Source: Bdellovibrionota bacterium (GTDB lineage Bacteria; Bdellovibrionota_C; UBA2361; OMIW01). From it: DNA of 45,977 nucleotides. The notes under the pieces were generated by a model. It worked only from the letters and a program-made list of their open reading frames with translations. It had not been told where the DNA came from and did not search any database. Numbering within the stretch: position 1 is the first letter of the stretch; each line of letters opens with the position of its first letter. Below, piece after piece: positions 29,376 through 37,880 of this stretch. Position numbers and translations under genes: made by a program. The DNA lies in contig JBIJBT010000011.1 in the NCBI GenBank assembly GCA_044345055.1, forward strand, positions 1 through 45,977, written 5' to 3'.

Positions 29376-30926
29376 GTGACACAAAACGCCTCCCAGACCC
29401 CTTCAGCTTCTGCCGCTTCCCGCGAAACTGCCATCCGGCCCACTCGCGCCGAAAACTTTCCGGAGTGGTACCAAGAAGTCATCAAAGCCGCTGGCCTTGC
29501 TGATAGCTCGCCAGTCCGGGGTTGTATGGTCATTCGGCCGTGGGGCTTTGGAATTTGGGAGAATATTCAGCGGCAGTTAGATGATCGGATAAAGGCGACG
29601 GGTCATCAAAACGCCTACTTTCCACTTTTTATTCCGCTCAGTTTTCTCGAAAAAGAGGCAGCTCACGTAGAGGGATTTGCAAAAGAATGTGCGGTGGTGA
29701 CTCATCATCGGCTTGAGCAGCGCGATGGAAAGCTCGTGCCGGTCGGTGAGCTTGAGGAGCCGCTTATTGTGCGACCGACATCAGAGACGATCATCGGGGA
29801 TTCGTTCTCGCGGTGGGTTCAGTCGTACCGCGATCTGCCGCTCCTGATTAATCAATGGGCGAACGTCGTGCGGTGGGAGATGAGGCCCCGCCAATTTCTG
29901 CGGACTGCTGAATTTCTGTGGCAGGAGGGACATACCGTTCACGCGACCGAAGAGGATGCGATGCGTGAAACGGTGCAAATGCATCAGGTGTACGAGGAGT
30001 TTTTCAAAAACGTTCTTGCGCTCCCCGGTTTTGTCGGCGAAAAGTGCCCCTCAGAGCGGTTCCCGGGAGCAGAGCGGTCGTTCACGATCGAGGTGATGAT
30101 GCAGGACGGGAAAGCGCTGCAGGCGTGCACCTCACACTATCTGGGTCAACATTTCGCAAAGGCAAGCGATATCAAGTTCCTTGATCGCGATGGGGAGCTG
30201 AAATACGCCTACACGACATCTTGGGGTGCTTCGACGCGTATGATCGGTGGGCTGATTATGGCGCACGGCGATGATGATGGGTTGCGGCTTCCGCCTCGGG
30301 TGGCTGCTAAACAGGTCGTCATTATTCCGATAACGCCGAAAGCAGACACAGCTGCTGCGGTGATGGAGGCTTGCGAGCAGCTCAAAAAACGGCTCGAGGC
30401 GACCCATTTTGAGGGTCGTCCTATCGCAGTTGAGCTTGATGCGCGTGATATTCGAGGCGGAGAAAAAAGCTGGCAGTGGATAAAGCGGGGTGCTCCCGTT
30501 CGTATAGAAATTGGGCCTCGCGATATCGAGCAGGGGCAGGTAAGTGTGTATCGTCGAGATCAGGGCCCGAAAGATAGAATTACTCTTCCCTTAGATGCAG
30601 CGGTTGCGGGGATGCCGGAGCTGCTTCAGTCGATCCATGAGAGCTACTATGCTCAGGCGGTTGCTTATCACGAAAAGCTCACCCGTCGTGATATTAGGAC
30701 CCTTGATGAGCTGCGAGAGCACTTCTCGGGGGATGGTCCTGCAGGATTTGTTGTCGGCAAATGGTCGGGGGACGCATCGATTGATGAACTTCTCGCGGAG
30801 TTTAAGGTGACGGTGCGGTGTCTCCTTCCGCAGCAATCTTCAACGGATGCGCAGAGCCAAGATGGAAGGTGCATCGTCACTGGTAAGCCAGCCACAATAG
30901 ACGCTGTGTACGCGAAGGCGTATTAG
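29376..30926 (+). CDS. proS: Proline--tRNA ligase, eukaryote/archaea-like type
   Basis: FPEWYQEVI, VRGCMVIRPWG, HVEGFAKE, VRPTSET, NQWANVVRWEMR, FLWQEGHT, TSWGASTR, C-terminal AKAY; start uncertain (29310 or 29376). Confidence 0.97.
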   Translation: MTQNASQTPSASAASRETAIRPTRAENFPEWYQEVIKAAGLADSSPVRGCMVIRPWGFGIWENIQRQLDDRIKATGHQNAYFPLFIPLSFLEKEAAHVEGFAKECAVVTHHRLEQRDGKLVPVGELEEPLIVRPTSETIIGDSFSRWVQSYRDLPLLINQWANVVRWEMRPRQFLRTAEFLWQEGHTVHATEEDAMRETVQMHQVYEEFFKNVLALPGFVGEKCPSERFPGAERSFTIEVMMQDGKALQACTSHYLGQHFAKASDIKFLDRDGELKYAYTTSWGASTRMIGGLIMAHGDDDGLRLPPRVAAKQVVIIPITPKADTAAAVMEACEQLKKRLEATHFEGRPIAVELDARDIRGGEKSWQWIKRGAPVRIEIGPRDIEQGQVSVYRRDQGPKDRITLPLDAAVAGMPELLQSIHESYYAQAVAYHEKLTRRDIRTLDELREHFSGDGPAGFVVGKWSGDASIDELLAEFKVTVRCLLPQQSSTDAQSQDGRCIVTGKPATIDAVYAKAY

Positions 30927-30937
30927 GGCGTTTTCGC

Positions 30938-31900
30938 TCAAGAGGCCACAGGTCTTCGCGTGGCCTCACCTTTGGTTCCAATAGTGGCGCTCCCCATAAC
31001 GTCGCCAAGCTGCGCCAATAGCTCGTTATTGCGGGTGAAACGAGCGGGGTCGGGGCGAAGAGACGCTGCATATTCGACAATCTCTCGAGCGGCATCCCGA
31101 AACCCTAGGGTGTGAGGAGTCGTTCCGGGGAGTGCAACAGCAACATCAGTATCGAGCAGCTCTTCTTCAGTGGCGTTCTCTTCACCGCTCGAAGATTGAT
31201 CGGACGTTTCCTCGTCGTGTCCCCAATTCGCGCGGCTTATCCCCCTGAACGATACTGTGGGGGTCTTTAATCGATCGAGCGTTTGTTGAATCGAAGCGAT
31301 CATCGTCGCTGTTTCGTCGCTACCGTCCTCTTCATCAACCTTAATCGCAAGGTCTATCCGACCGAGTAGCCCCGTAATACACGGTAACTGTCCTGCTCCA
31401 AGATGAATGAAGATTCCATTATCAGGTTGATCGGCAAGGTGGTTTAGAAAAATTGAAAGAGCCTGGTGGTGGCGCCGTTGAGCGGCGATATTATAGCTTT
31501 CACACGACCCGAGTGAAATGAGCCGCGCGTTCGCCTCTGCCGTTAAAGGATAAATCTGCGGGTAGGGGAATTCGGCGGAGAAACAAGCAATGAGCGGCTC
31601 GGAGGATGAGCACTCAATTTCCCGGCCCGTTTTTGTTGGTACCGAATATTCGGTTATAGAGGAAGCTTTTAAGCCGCTGAGATCTCGCTGGAGATATTCC
31701 TTGATCCGAAATCCCTCCTCTCCGAGCCTTGGGAGACGACTCATAAGAGATGGAGAAACTCGCAAATATGAGACGAGCTCTTGTTCAGGAGTTGCATCAA
31801 TGATGATTGCGTCGCGGCCATGATTTAACCATTCGGCAGCAAGGTGCGCCAACAAGAAAGAACCCCACTTTGTCTCTCCTCCACACGTCGCAATTCGCAT
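30938..31900 (-). CDS. Degenerate CooC/ParA/MinD-like protein lacking an intact P-loop
   Basis: MRIATCG at the N-terminus, IIIDA, FLNHL.D, HLGAG in CooC-like order; ATG 31900 follows SD AGGAGG. Confidence 0.6.
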   Translation of the reverse strand: MRIATCGGETKWGSFLLAHLAAEWLNHGRDAIIIDATPEQELVSYLRVSPSLMSRLPRLGEEGFRIKEYLQRDLSGLKASSITEYSVPTKTGREIECSSSEPLIACFSAEFPYPQIYPLTAEANARLISLGSCESYNIAAQRRHHQALSIFLNHLADQPDNGIFIHLGAGQLPCITGLLGRIDLAIKVDEEDGSDETATMIASIQQTLDRLKTPTVSFRGISRANWGHDEETSDQSSSGEENATEEELLDTDVAVALPGTTPHTLGFRDAAREIVEYAASLRPDPARFTRNNELLAQLGDVMGSATIGTKGEATRRPVAS

Positions 31901-32072
31901 AGACCCTCCTACCAATTTCGCGAGTGGCACGATACCTTTGCTCGCTTTGCACCCCAACCGTACAAAAATTGTTTGATTGAGGCAACGGCAAATCTCGAGC
32001 TCTTTTTGTTCTGATTTTCTCTGAGATCTCGAATGTAGTACGCTATGAAGTTACAAATTTGACCGATTATAC

Positions 32073-32330
32073 ATGCAAGGAGCAGCTAAAGTGTTGAGTA
32101 AAAAGGTGATAACAGTTGCAGCGTGCGTAGGGAGCATCTTTTTTTCTGGGTGTGGCGCGCGGACATGTGCGCCATCAGGAGCGAGCGGTTGCGGGTATCC
32201 AGAGCTTTTTCGTCCGATGATCGTCTCAGACTACGAAAGTTGCAGGAACTCGGGAGGTGTAATCGAATCTCATAGCTCGCTCCCTTCGTGTCGCGCTTCG
32301 GATGGGCGGCTCTTTTCGGGTGAAAGATGA
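32073..32330 (+). CDS. Small Cys-rich putative lipoprotein
   Basis: Signal peptide with lipobox FSGC; C-terminal YESCRNSGG...CRASDGRLF. Confidence 0.6.
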   Translation: MQGAAKVLSKKVITVAACVGSIFFSGCGARTCAPSGASGCGYPELFRPMIVSDYESCRNSGGVIESHSSLPSCRASDGRLFSGER

Positions 32331-32365
32331 GCACCAAGATTTAGACTAAGATATATTGCCGATAG

Positions 32366-33148
32366 ATGAATTCTCTTCTTATCTACCCCGATGAAGTTAC
32401 TAATGAGGGGCTCGTTATTCTCAGCGGGGAGCGCGCTCGTCATGCTCGTGAAGATTTTCATGATGTGGCGCTAGGGATTTCGGTGCCGGCGGCGATTCGT
32501 GATGGAAATCGAGGCCGAGCAACCTATAAAGCTATAACAAGCGAGAGAGTGGAGCTTAATTTTGAGTCAACGGCCCCACCGCTAGAACGCAATCCAGCCA
32601 CCCTAATTGTGGCAATCTCTCGACCTCAAACAATAAAAAAGGTGATCCAGGCCGGAGTTTTTCTCGGGATACGGGAACTTTTTCTTGTGAAAACTGATCG
32701 AACTGAGAGAAACTACCTCTCTTCGCGCGAGCTTCGAGCTGAGCGTATAGCGGGGGAGGTTGAGCGCGCGCTCGAACAGACGTGTGATTCGATATCGCCC
32801 CGTATAGAGGTTGGTGGTGCGCTCAATGAGCTGCTGCGATCGCGACGAGGATACAAGTGCGCTTTTTTTGCCCATACGGGCGGTGGTTTTGATGAAGGTG
32901 TGCCGGGATTATCAGTAACACAGACGCGCAATGATGATGAGAGGTGCAATAAATTTTCTCTTGAGGCGAATAACGACACGATTATTGCGATAGGTCCTGA
33001 AAAAGGATGGTCCGAACGGGAGATTAGACTTTTTCAGGAATGCCACTTTCAGCCGATTAGTCTTGGTGAGCGAGTTTTGCGGGTTGATGCTGCAGTGTAC
33101 GTAGCGACCACCGCACTCGTGCAAAATAGCTTTAAAACGAGCGTGTAA
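32366..33148 (+). CDS. rsmE: 16S rRNA (uracil-1498-N3)-methyltransferase RsmE
   Basis: SPOUT motif AIGPEKGWS..E...F......ISLGERVLRVDAA; A.SRP...KKVI....LG. Confidence 0.88.
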   Translation: MNSLLIYPDEVTNEGLVILSGERARHAREDFHDVALGISVPAAIRDGNRGRATYKAITSERVELNFESTAPPLERNPATLIVAISRPQTIKKVIQAGVFLGIRELFLVKTDRTERNYLSSRELRAERIAGEVERALEQTCDSISPRIEVGGALNELLRSRRGYKCAFFAHTGGGFDEGVPGLSVTQTRNDDERCNKFSLEANNDTIIAIGPEKGWSEREIRLFQECHFQPISLGERVLRVDAAVYVATTALVQNSFKTSV

Positions 33149-33320
33149 GAGAGTTTGGAATAGCGCTGAATCGCCTATCCGGTCGGTTGCACCCCTTAAT
33201 AAACCAAATAAAACCAGTTCGAATCTAAATACCTCCGGCTGCATCTTATAAATGGCACATAATGCGGACAATTAATGTCTAGCATCCCATTACCCTCAAG
33301 ATACATCCGAACAGAGATTT

Positions 33321-33902
33321 ATGGCAGAGAAGACTGACGAATCCCCAGCATCGGAGGAAGGGGGCAAAAAAAAATCGGGTAAAAAAAAGCTCATCATTGT
33401 GGTGGTGCTCCTTCTTCTTTTGGGCGGAGGAGGAGCAGGCGCATTCCTAGTTTTGGGCAAAAAAGAGGATCCAAAAGAAAATAAGGAAGAACATCTTGAG
33501 GAAGAGCATCCTCAACTTGTGCTTGCACCTCTTGAACCTGCGTTCATCGTAAATCTCGCAGATAGCGGGAGCTATCTTAAAGCTACTATTTATCTCGAAT
33601 TCGACACCGAAAAAGCAAAGAAAATGGAATTAGATCTTGCCGCAGCAGCAGGGCACGGTAGCGGGGGTTCAGGGGGAGGAGATAAGGGTCCTCCAAAGAT
33701 TGAGGGTATCCTCAAGGTTAAGGAGCCACTCATAAGAGATGTCGTAATTAGAGTTTTAAGTTCAAAAACGGTCGATGAAGCTCTCTCTACATCGCAGCGC
33801 GATGCCCTGAAAGGGGAACTAGTTGAGGCGATTAACGATGCGGTGGGTGATGGTGATGGTCCAGTAACGAACGTTATTTTCACCGAATATATTGTCCAAT
33901 AG
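33321..33902 (+). CDS. fliL: Flagellar basal-body-associated FliL family protein
   Basis: Basic N-terminus, TM with LGGGGAG, FIVNLAD, YLKA.I.LE, P.IRD, V.FTEYIVQ end. Confidence 0.9.
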   Translation: MAEKTDESPASEEGGKKKSGKKKLIIVVVLLLLLGGGGAGAFLVLGKKEDPKENKEEHLEEEHPQLVLAPLEPAFIVNLADSGSYLKATIYLEFDTEKAKKMELDLAAAAGHGSGGSGGGDKGPPKIEGILKVKEPLIRDVVIRVLSSKTVDEALSTSQRDALKGELVEAINDAVGDGDGPVTNVIFTEYIVQ

Positions 33903-33904
33903 AT

Positions 33905-34660
33905 GTGAGTATCTGGTGGAGCCCCAAAAGTCGCCGAAAAAAAGAAGACTCCGTGAGCTCAAGATGGATTGATTCGCTCTGCAAAAAGAGGTGGGTACTT
34001 TGCTCGTTTGTACCTTTCTCGGCCGTCGCTATCTTTTTTAGCACGTTGCATGAGAGCGAATCTATCCCAATAAAACCCTCAATACATTCGAATCGAACGC
34101 TTGATCGATCCACTCAATGTATTGCTCCTCCTCCTCAGCTTAGTTTGTTCAAAAGCGCCGGCACTTCGGTTGAATTCTATGAGATAATCACAAACGATCT
34201 CTCTGAAGTTTCAGCTAAAATGAGCGCATCTGGTCCACTTGATGATGATAATATTCGTCGGGATGCGCTATTATCTTGGAGTATTATCTGGAGATGGAAT
34301 GGAGAGACGTGGCACTCGCCTATGCCGGTGCGCATTCGCGCGACAACTCGGCTGGTCCTTCCGCGATGGTGTCCCTCAGTGTCTCCCTCTGACGAGGAGA
34401 GAGGTGAATGGCACCGCTACCTTCTTCAAGTTTTAGAACACGAAGCGGGCCATCTCCATATATTTCTTCAATACAGAGAAACATTCGAGTCCGCACTTTC
34501 TTCGGTCGGTAGTAGCTGCGACAATTGCTCAATCGACGATCTCAATAAACTCGGAAAAGAGCTAATTACTCGACTTAATGAGCAGCAAAGACTCTACGAT
34601 AAAGAGACTTCTCATGGAGCAACCCAATTTGCTCGGATCTTTTCTGTAAAAGAGCACTAA
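33905..34660 (+). CDS. DUF922-like predicted secreted Zn-dependent peptidase
   Basis: W.I.W.W, LPRW, W..Y...V.EHEAGH, Q..YD.ETSHGATQ. Confidence 0.75.
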   Translation: MSIWWSPKSRRKKEDSVSSRWIDSLCKKRWVLCSFVPFSAVAIFFSTLHESESIPIKPSIHSNRTLDRSTQCIAPPPQLSLFKSAGTSVEFYEIITNDLSEVSAKMSASGPLDDDNIRRDALLSWSIIWRWNGETWHSPMPVRIRATTRLVLPRWCPSVSPSDEERGEWHRYLLQVLEHEAGHLHIFLQYRETFESALSSVGSSCDNCSIDDLNKLGKELITRLNEQQRLYDKETSHGATQFARIFSVKEH

Positions 34661-35355
34661 TCAATAATTCCATCATCAAGAGATTCTTCACTCGCTCCAA
34701 GAATCCGCCTCGCTACTGAACTAACAACCGTTGTGCCAAACGCCTCAAAACACTCCCGACCTACTTGAGCAATCTGTGGGGAAAATGCAAGTGTTCGGTA
34801 CCGCGTCACAGATTCGGAAATCATGATTGTTCGGGATGGAGATTTGGCTGATGTTGTTTTCACCTTAACAGCTCCCTCGATTGAACACCGAATCTTTCGT
34901 GTGAATATAAGATCGTAAGCTGTCATTTCAACGCTCTTTAGCGATATCTCAATTGAATGCACTCCGAGTGGTGGAGCTTTAACGATCGCACGTGTAACGG
35001 AATCCTCGAGCCCGATCTTTGGGTCGAGAAAAACAATAGAACCAACAGGAAGAACAAGAAGCGCATAGAGAGTGCCAGCCCGATGTTTCCCCGAAACGTC
35101 GTGAACTGTGACCGTTGGATAATCAGAGGCGAGCACAATCGGAATAGTATCTCGCACAAGAGTCTGCGGTGGAGAGATCGTTGCAGTTACACAGCCACTC
35201 ATAATAATGCTCAAGATAAGGAGCAAAAGCAGAGTAAATTGGGTCGCGATGGAGCCTTTTTCTTTCTGTAATAACGCACGATACATTGAGTTCTCAGGCC
35301 GTTTGGGATTTGTATGGGGCAATGTTGAGCAAATAATACGGAAACGTGTTAGCAT
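34657..35355 (-). CDS. Hypothetical putative lipoprotein
   Basis: Hydrophobic stretch ending IMSGC; true start may be ATG 35286. Confidence 0.6.
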   Translation of the reverse strand: MLTRFRIICSTLPHTNPKRPENSMYRALLQKEKGSIATQFTLLLLLILSIIMSGCVTATISPPQTLVRDTIPIVLASDYPTVTVHDVSGKHRAGTLYALLVLPVGSIVFLDPKIGLEDSVTRAIVKAPPLGVHSIEISLKSVEMTAYDLIFTRKIRCSIEGAVKVKTTSAKSPSRTIMISESVTRYRTLAFSPQIAQVGRECFEAFGTTVVSSVARRILGASEESLDDGIID

Positions 35356-35509
35356 TACTCATGTTTTCCGATTCAGGTGACGATTCTATCTGATGGATCA
35401 GGATACGGCGTTCATGCAATCTTATTGAAATCTCATTGAAATCGTTCAGCGGCTCATGGCGAGCCCGTCCACTATCGTTTGTTTTGACCTCTCGGGGAGA
35501 CTTTATTCG

Positions 35510-37039
35510 ATGACGAAGCAGAGGGCAAAGCGTCGAAAAAACAGCCGCCTCCGCCAGTCTCTGGAGGGCGCTCCCCCTGAAGTATCGCCCCGTTTAGCTG
35601 CGGGCGAATCAACCAACAAAGCTCCTCCAATCAGCCCCACCGAAGAGTCGATCGTATCGCCCCTTGATCTCGGCCTAGGAGATCTTTTGGCCAACGCTGA
35701 AGATGACGCTGTGTACCCTCCTGAAGATGGCGCGGCTGAAACGAGCCTAGATTCTTTGCAGGATGAGCCGCCACCCCTAAAAAAAAGCGCCTACGCCGAA
35801 CTTGCTGACGCTGAGCACTGGCCGGCACTAGTGCGCCTCTGTGAGCGCGATGGACTCAAAACGCTTCTAAGCCAAGTCTGGTGGATTCGAGCCCATCTTG
35901 AGGCCCAATCGATGCCGGTGGAGCTTCTTCAACCATCTTTCGAGAGGGCGATCTCTCAAGAGAAGGTGGGTGAGGGTGCGGGTACTGATTCGGAATGGGA
36001 TGAGGTTCAGCAGGTTTTGCGGTCTTGTCGGCGATGGTTTGGGATGAAAGATTCCTCAGAAGAGTTGAAGGTAGAAAAAGGAGAAAAGGGCCGCCCGGTC
36101 GAAGATGCTCCGAAGGATGCTCCGCAACAGCCACCTTTATCTACGAAATCAGTATCGAGCTTGCCGCCAGTTAGTAACACTAAATCAAAGGAAGAACAGC
36201 TGCCGATTGCGCAACAACAACCAGAAGAAAAGAAGACGAATGGGTGGGACCGTCGAGTTATTACGGTTGCTATTCTCGCTCTAATTATCGGTGTTTTCGT
36301 GCGCTATGTTCTCCCCATGCGCGATGATCTAGTTGAGCTTGTCGCCTCTCCGATACCGAATGAACCGCTTCCGCGGGTCGTGCCACTTCTTCGTCATGCC
36401 GATCTGGTTCCTCTAACAACCATTGAAGTGTTGCAGGTCGCGATGGATGATTTGGTGAATGTTCGAGAAGAGGCTATGACAACGGATTCGCCTCCTCCCA
36501 TTTCTTCGCCACCAGCAGCTCCATCTCGACAACGTGCGCCGCTACGACCCACTCCCGCACCATCGCGGGAGGAATTGATAATGGATGGCCCTTTTGAGCC
36601 AGCTTCGCTAGGTGATTTGAGGCTGCGACCGGAGGAGGATCCAACTGCTGCAGAGCGTGATCGAAAGGCTGAGCTGCCATCGGTTTGGGATCGAGTCAAT
36701 CCGGGTAGCGCCCCGTTGGCGACACCTACACCGTCAAAGTCCGTGACCGATTTTTTTGAGGGATTCGATGATCACCCAGGCCATCCGGTTGAGCGTTATC
36801 ATACGCCTCAGGCTTGTGAGTTATCCGATAAAGCAGTCATTCGCACTCGCCCTAGTGAGCTTGCTCCGGCAACTGCTGAACTAAGAGCGGGGGACACCGT
36901 GATGATCGATCAACGGATCGGTCCGTGGGTGCGGTTACAGAGTAAATCTGGTCGGCCTGGATTTGCGCGTGCCAACTGTAGGTGGGAGGCCAAGCCCTTG
37001 GTCGAATCGGTGCGTAGAGAAGAGGAGTGGCGTAGGTAA
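35510..37039 (+). CDS. Hypothetical single-pass membrane protein with C-terminal bacterial SH3-like domain
   Basis: Central TM VITVAILALIIGVFV, Pro-rich linkers, IRTRPS......ELRAGDTV.....GPWVRL.....PGF; SD GGGGAG before ATG 35510. Confidence 0.65.
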   Translation: MTKQRAKRRKNSRLRQSLEGAPPEVSPRLAAGESTNKAPPISPTEESIVSPLDLGLGDLLANAEDDAVYPPEDGAAETSLDSLQDEPPPLKKSAYAELADAEHWPALVRLCERDGLKTLLSQVWWIRAHLEAQSMPVELLQPSFERAISQEKVGEGAGTDSEWDEVQQVLRSCRRWFGMKDSSEELKVEKGEKGRPVEDAPKDAPQQPPLSTKSVSSLPPVSNTKSKEEQLPIAQQQPEEKKTNGWDRRVITVAILALIIGVFVRYVLPMRDDLVELVASPIPNEPLPRVVPLLRHADLVPLTTIEVLQVAMDDLVNVREEAMTTDSPPPISSPPAAPSRQRAPLRPTPAPSREELIMDGPFEPASLGDLRLRPEEDPTAAERDRKAELPSVWDRVNPGSAPLATPTPSKSVTDFFEGFDDHPGHPVERYHTPQACELSDKAVIRTRPSELAPATAELRAGDTVMIDQRIGPWVRLQSKSGRPGFARANCRWEAKPLVESVRREEEWRR

Positions 37040-37251
37040 CGAGGTAGGTTAAGCGTTAGCCAAGGGGGGGGTGTGCTCCGCGAGTAAAAATGGTAGAGTG
37101 GACACTTGGTGAGGTAGCTTAGCTACCAGATGCCGCTGATGCTCCGAATAAGGAGTGGTTTCGTATACGGTCCGCCCGACCTTCATATCGGTGCGCCCTA
37201 CGGAGTAAGTCCCTGATGGGACAATCGAGCAAAGTTTTAAGGTATTGATTT

Positions 37252-37737
37252 ATGGCACGAATTACGGTTGAAGACTGTCTCCAGATAGAAAATAATCGCT
37301 TTGCGCTAGTGAGGCTCGCTTCAGTCCGAACAAAGCAGATTCGACGGGGTTCTGAATCGCTCACCAAAGAGGGGCGATCCAATAAGCCGGTTGTGGCGGC
37401 TCTGCGCGAAATTGCCTCTGGGCAGGTGAGATTTTTAACCGCTCAAGAAGAGGTCGAATATCGAGAGAAGCTCGAGGAGGAGCAGCGAGACCGCCAGCAG
37501 CAAGCTGAGGCTGCCTCTCTGATGAACACAACAGTCATACCGTTTCAGTCAACGAGCCGCACCGCCCGTCCCTCTGAGGATGAGGGTGGAGAAGAGGCTC
37601 TACCTCAGCTTTTCGGCGATAATGAATCCTCAAGCTCTCTTGATTCAGATTCGCTTTCCCTCGATGGAAAGGGTGTTGTTGCGGAGGGTGAAGAAGCTGG
37701 AAACGACGATACTACAGAGGGAGACCTCGACGAATAA
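37252..37737 (+). CDS. rpoZ: RNA polymerase subunit omega with long acidic C-terminal tail
   Basis: MARITVEDCL, NRFALV.LA..R..Q, NKPVVAALREIA.G. Confidence 0.95.
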   Translation: MARITVEDCLQIENNRFALVRLASVRTKQIRRGSESLTKEGRSNKPVVAALREIASGQVRFLTAQEEVEYREKLEEEQRDRQQQAEAASLMNTTVIPFQSTSRTARPSEDEGGEEALPQLFGDNESSSSLDSDSLSLDGKGVVAEGEEAGNDDTTEGDLDE

Positions 37738-37880
37738 GTAGTTGTATGATGGAAGGTGGGCGGTAGGTCTCCTGGAGTCTCTGCCGCTACGCCCACTCTG
37801 CTGCGGCTTTTTAGGGACCTCTGCAGCCGAGTAATTAATTTTTATAAGAGCGTCCCAACCGCTCCTGATGGCCAGCGGAT

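Noticed and set aside
33240..33275. sigma54 or sigma28 promoter upstream of fliL
   Set aside because: TGGCAC...GC spacing is GG-N8-GC rather than N10, and TAAA to GCGGACAA spacing is 11 rather than 15
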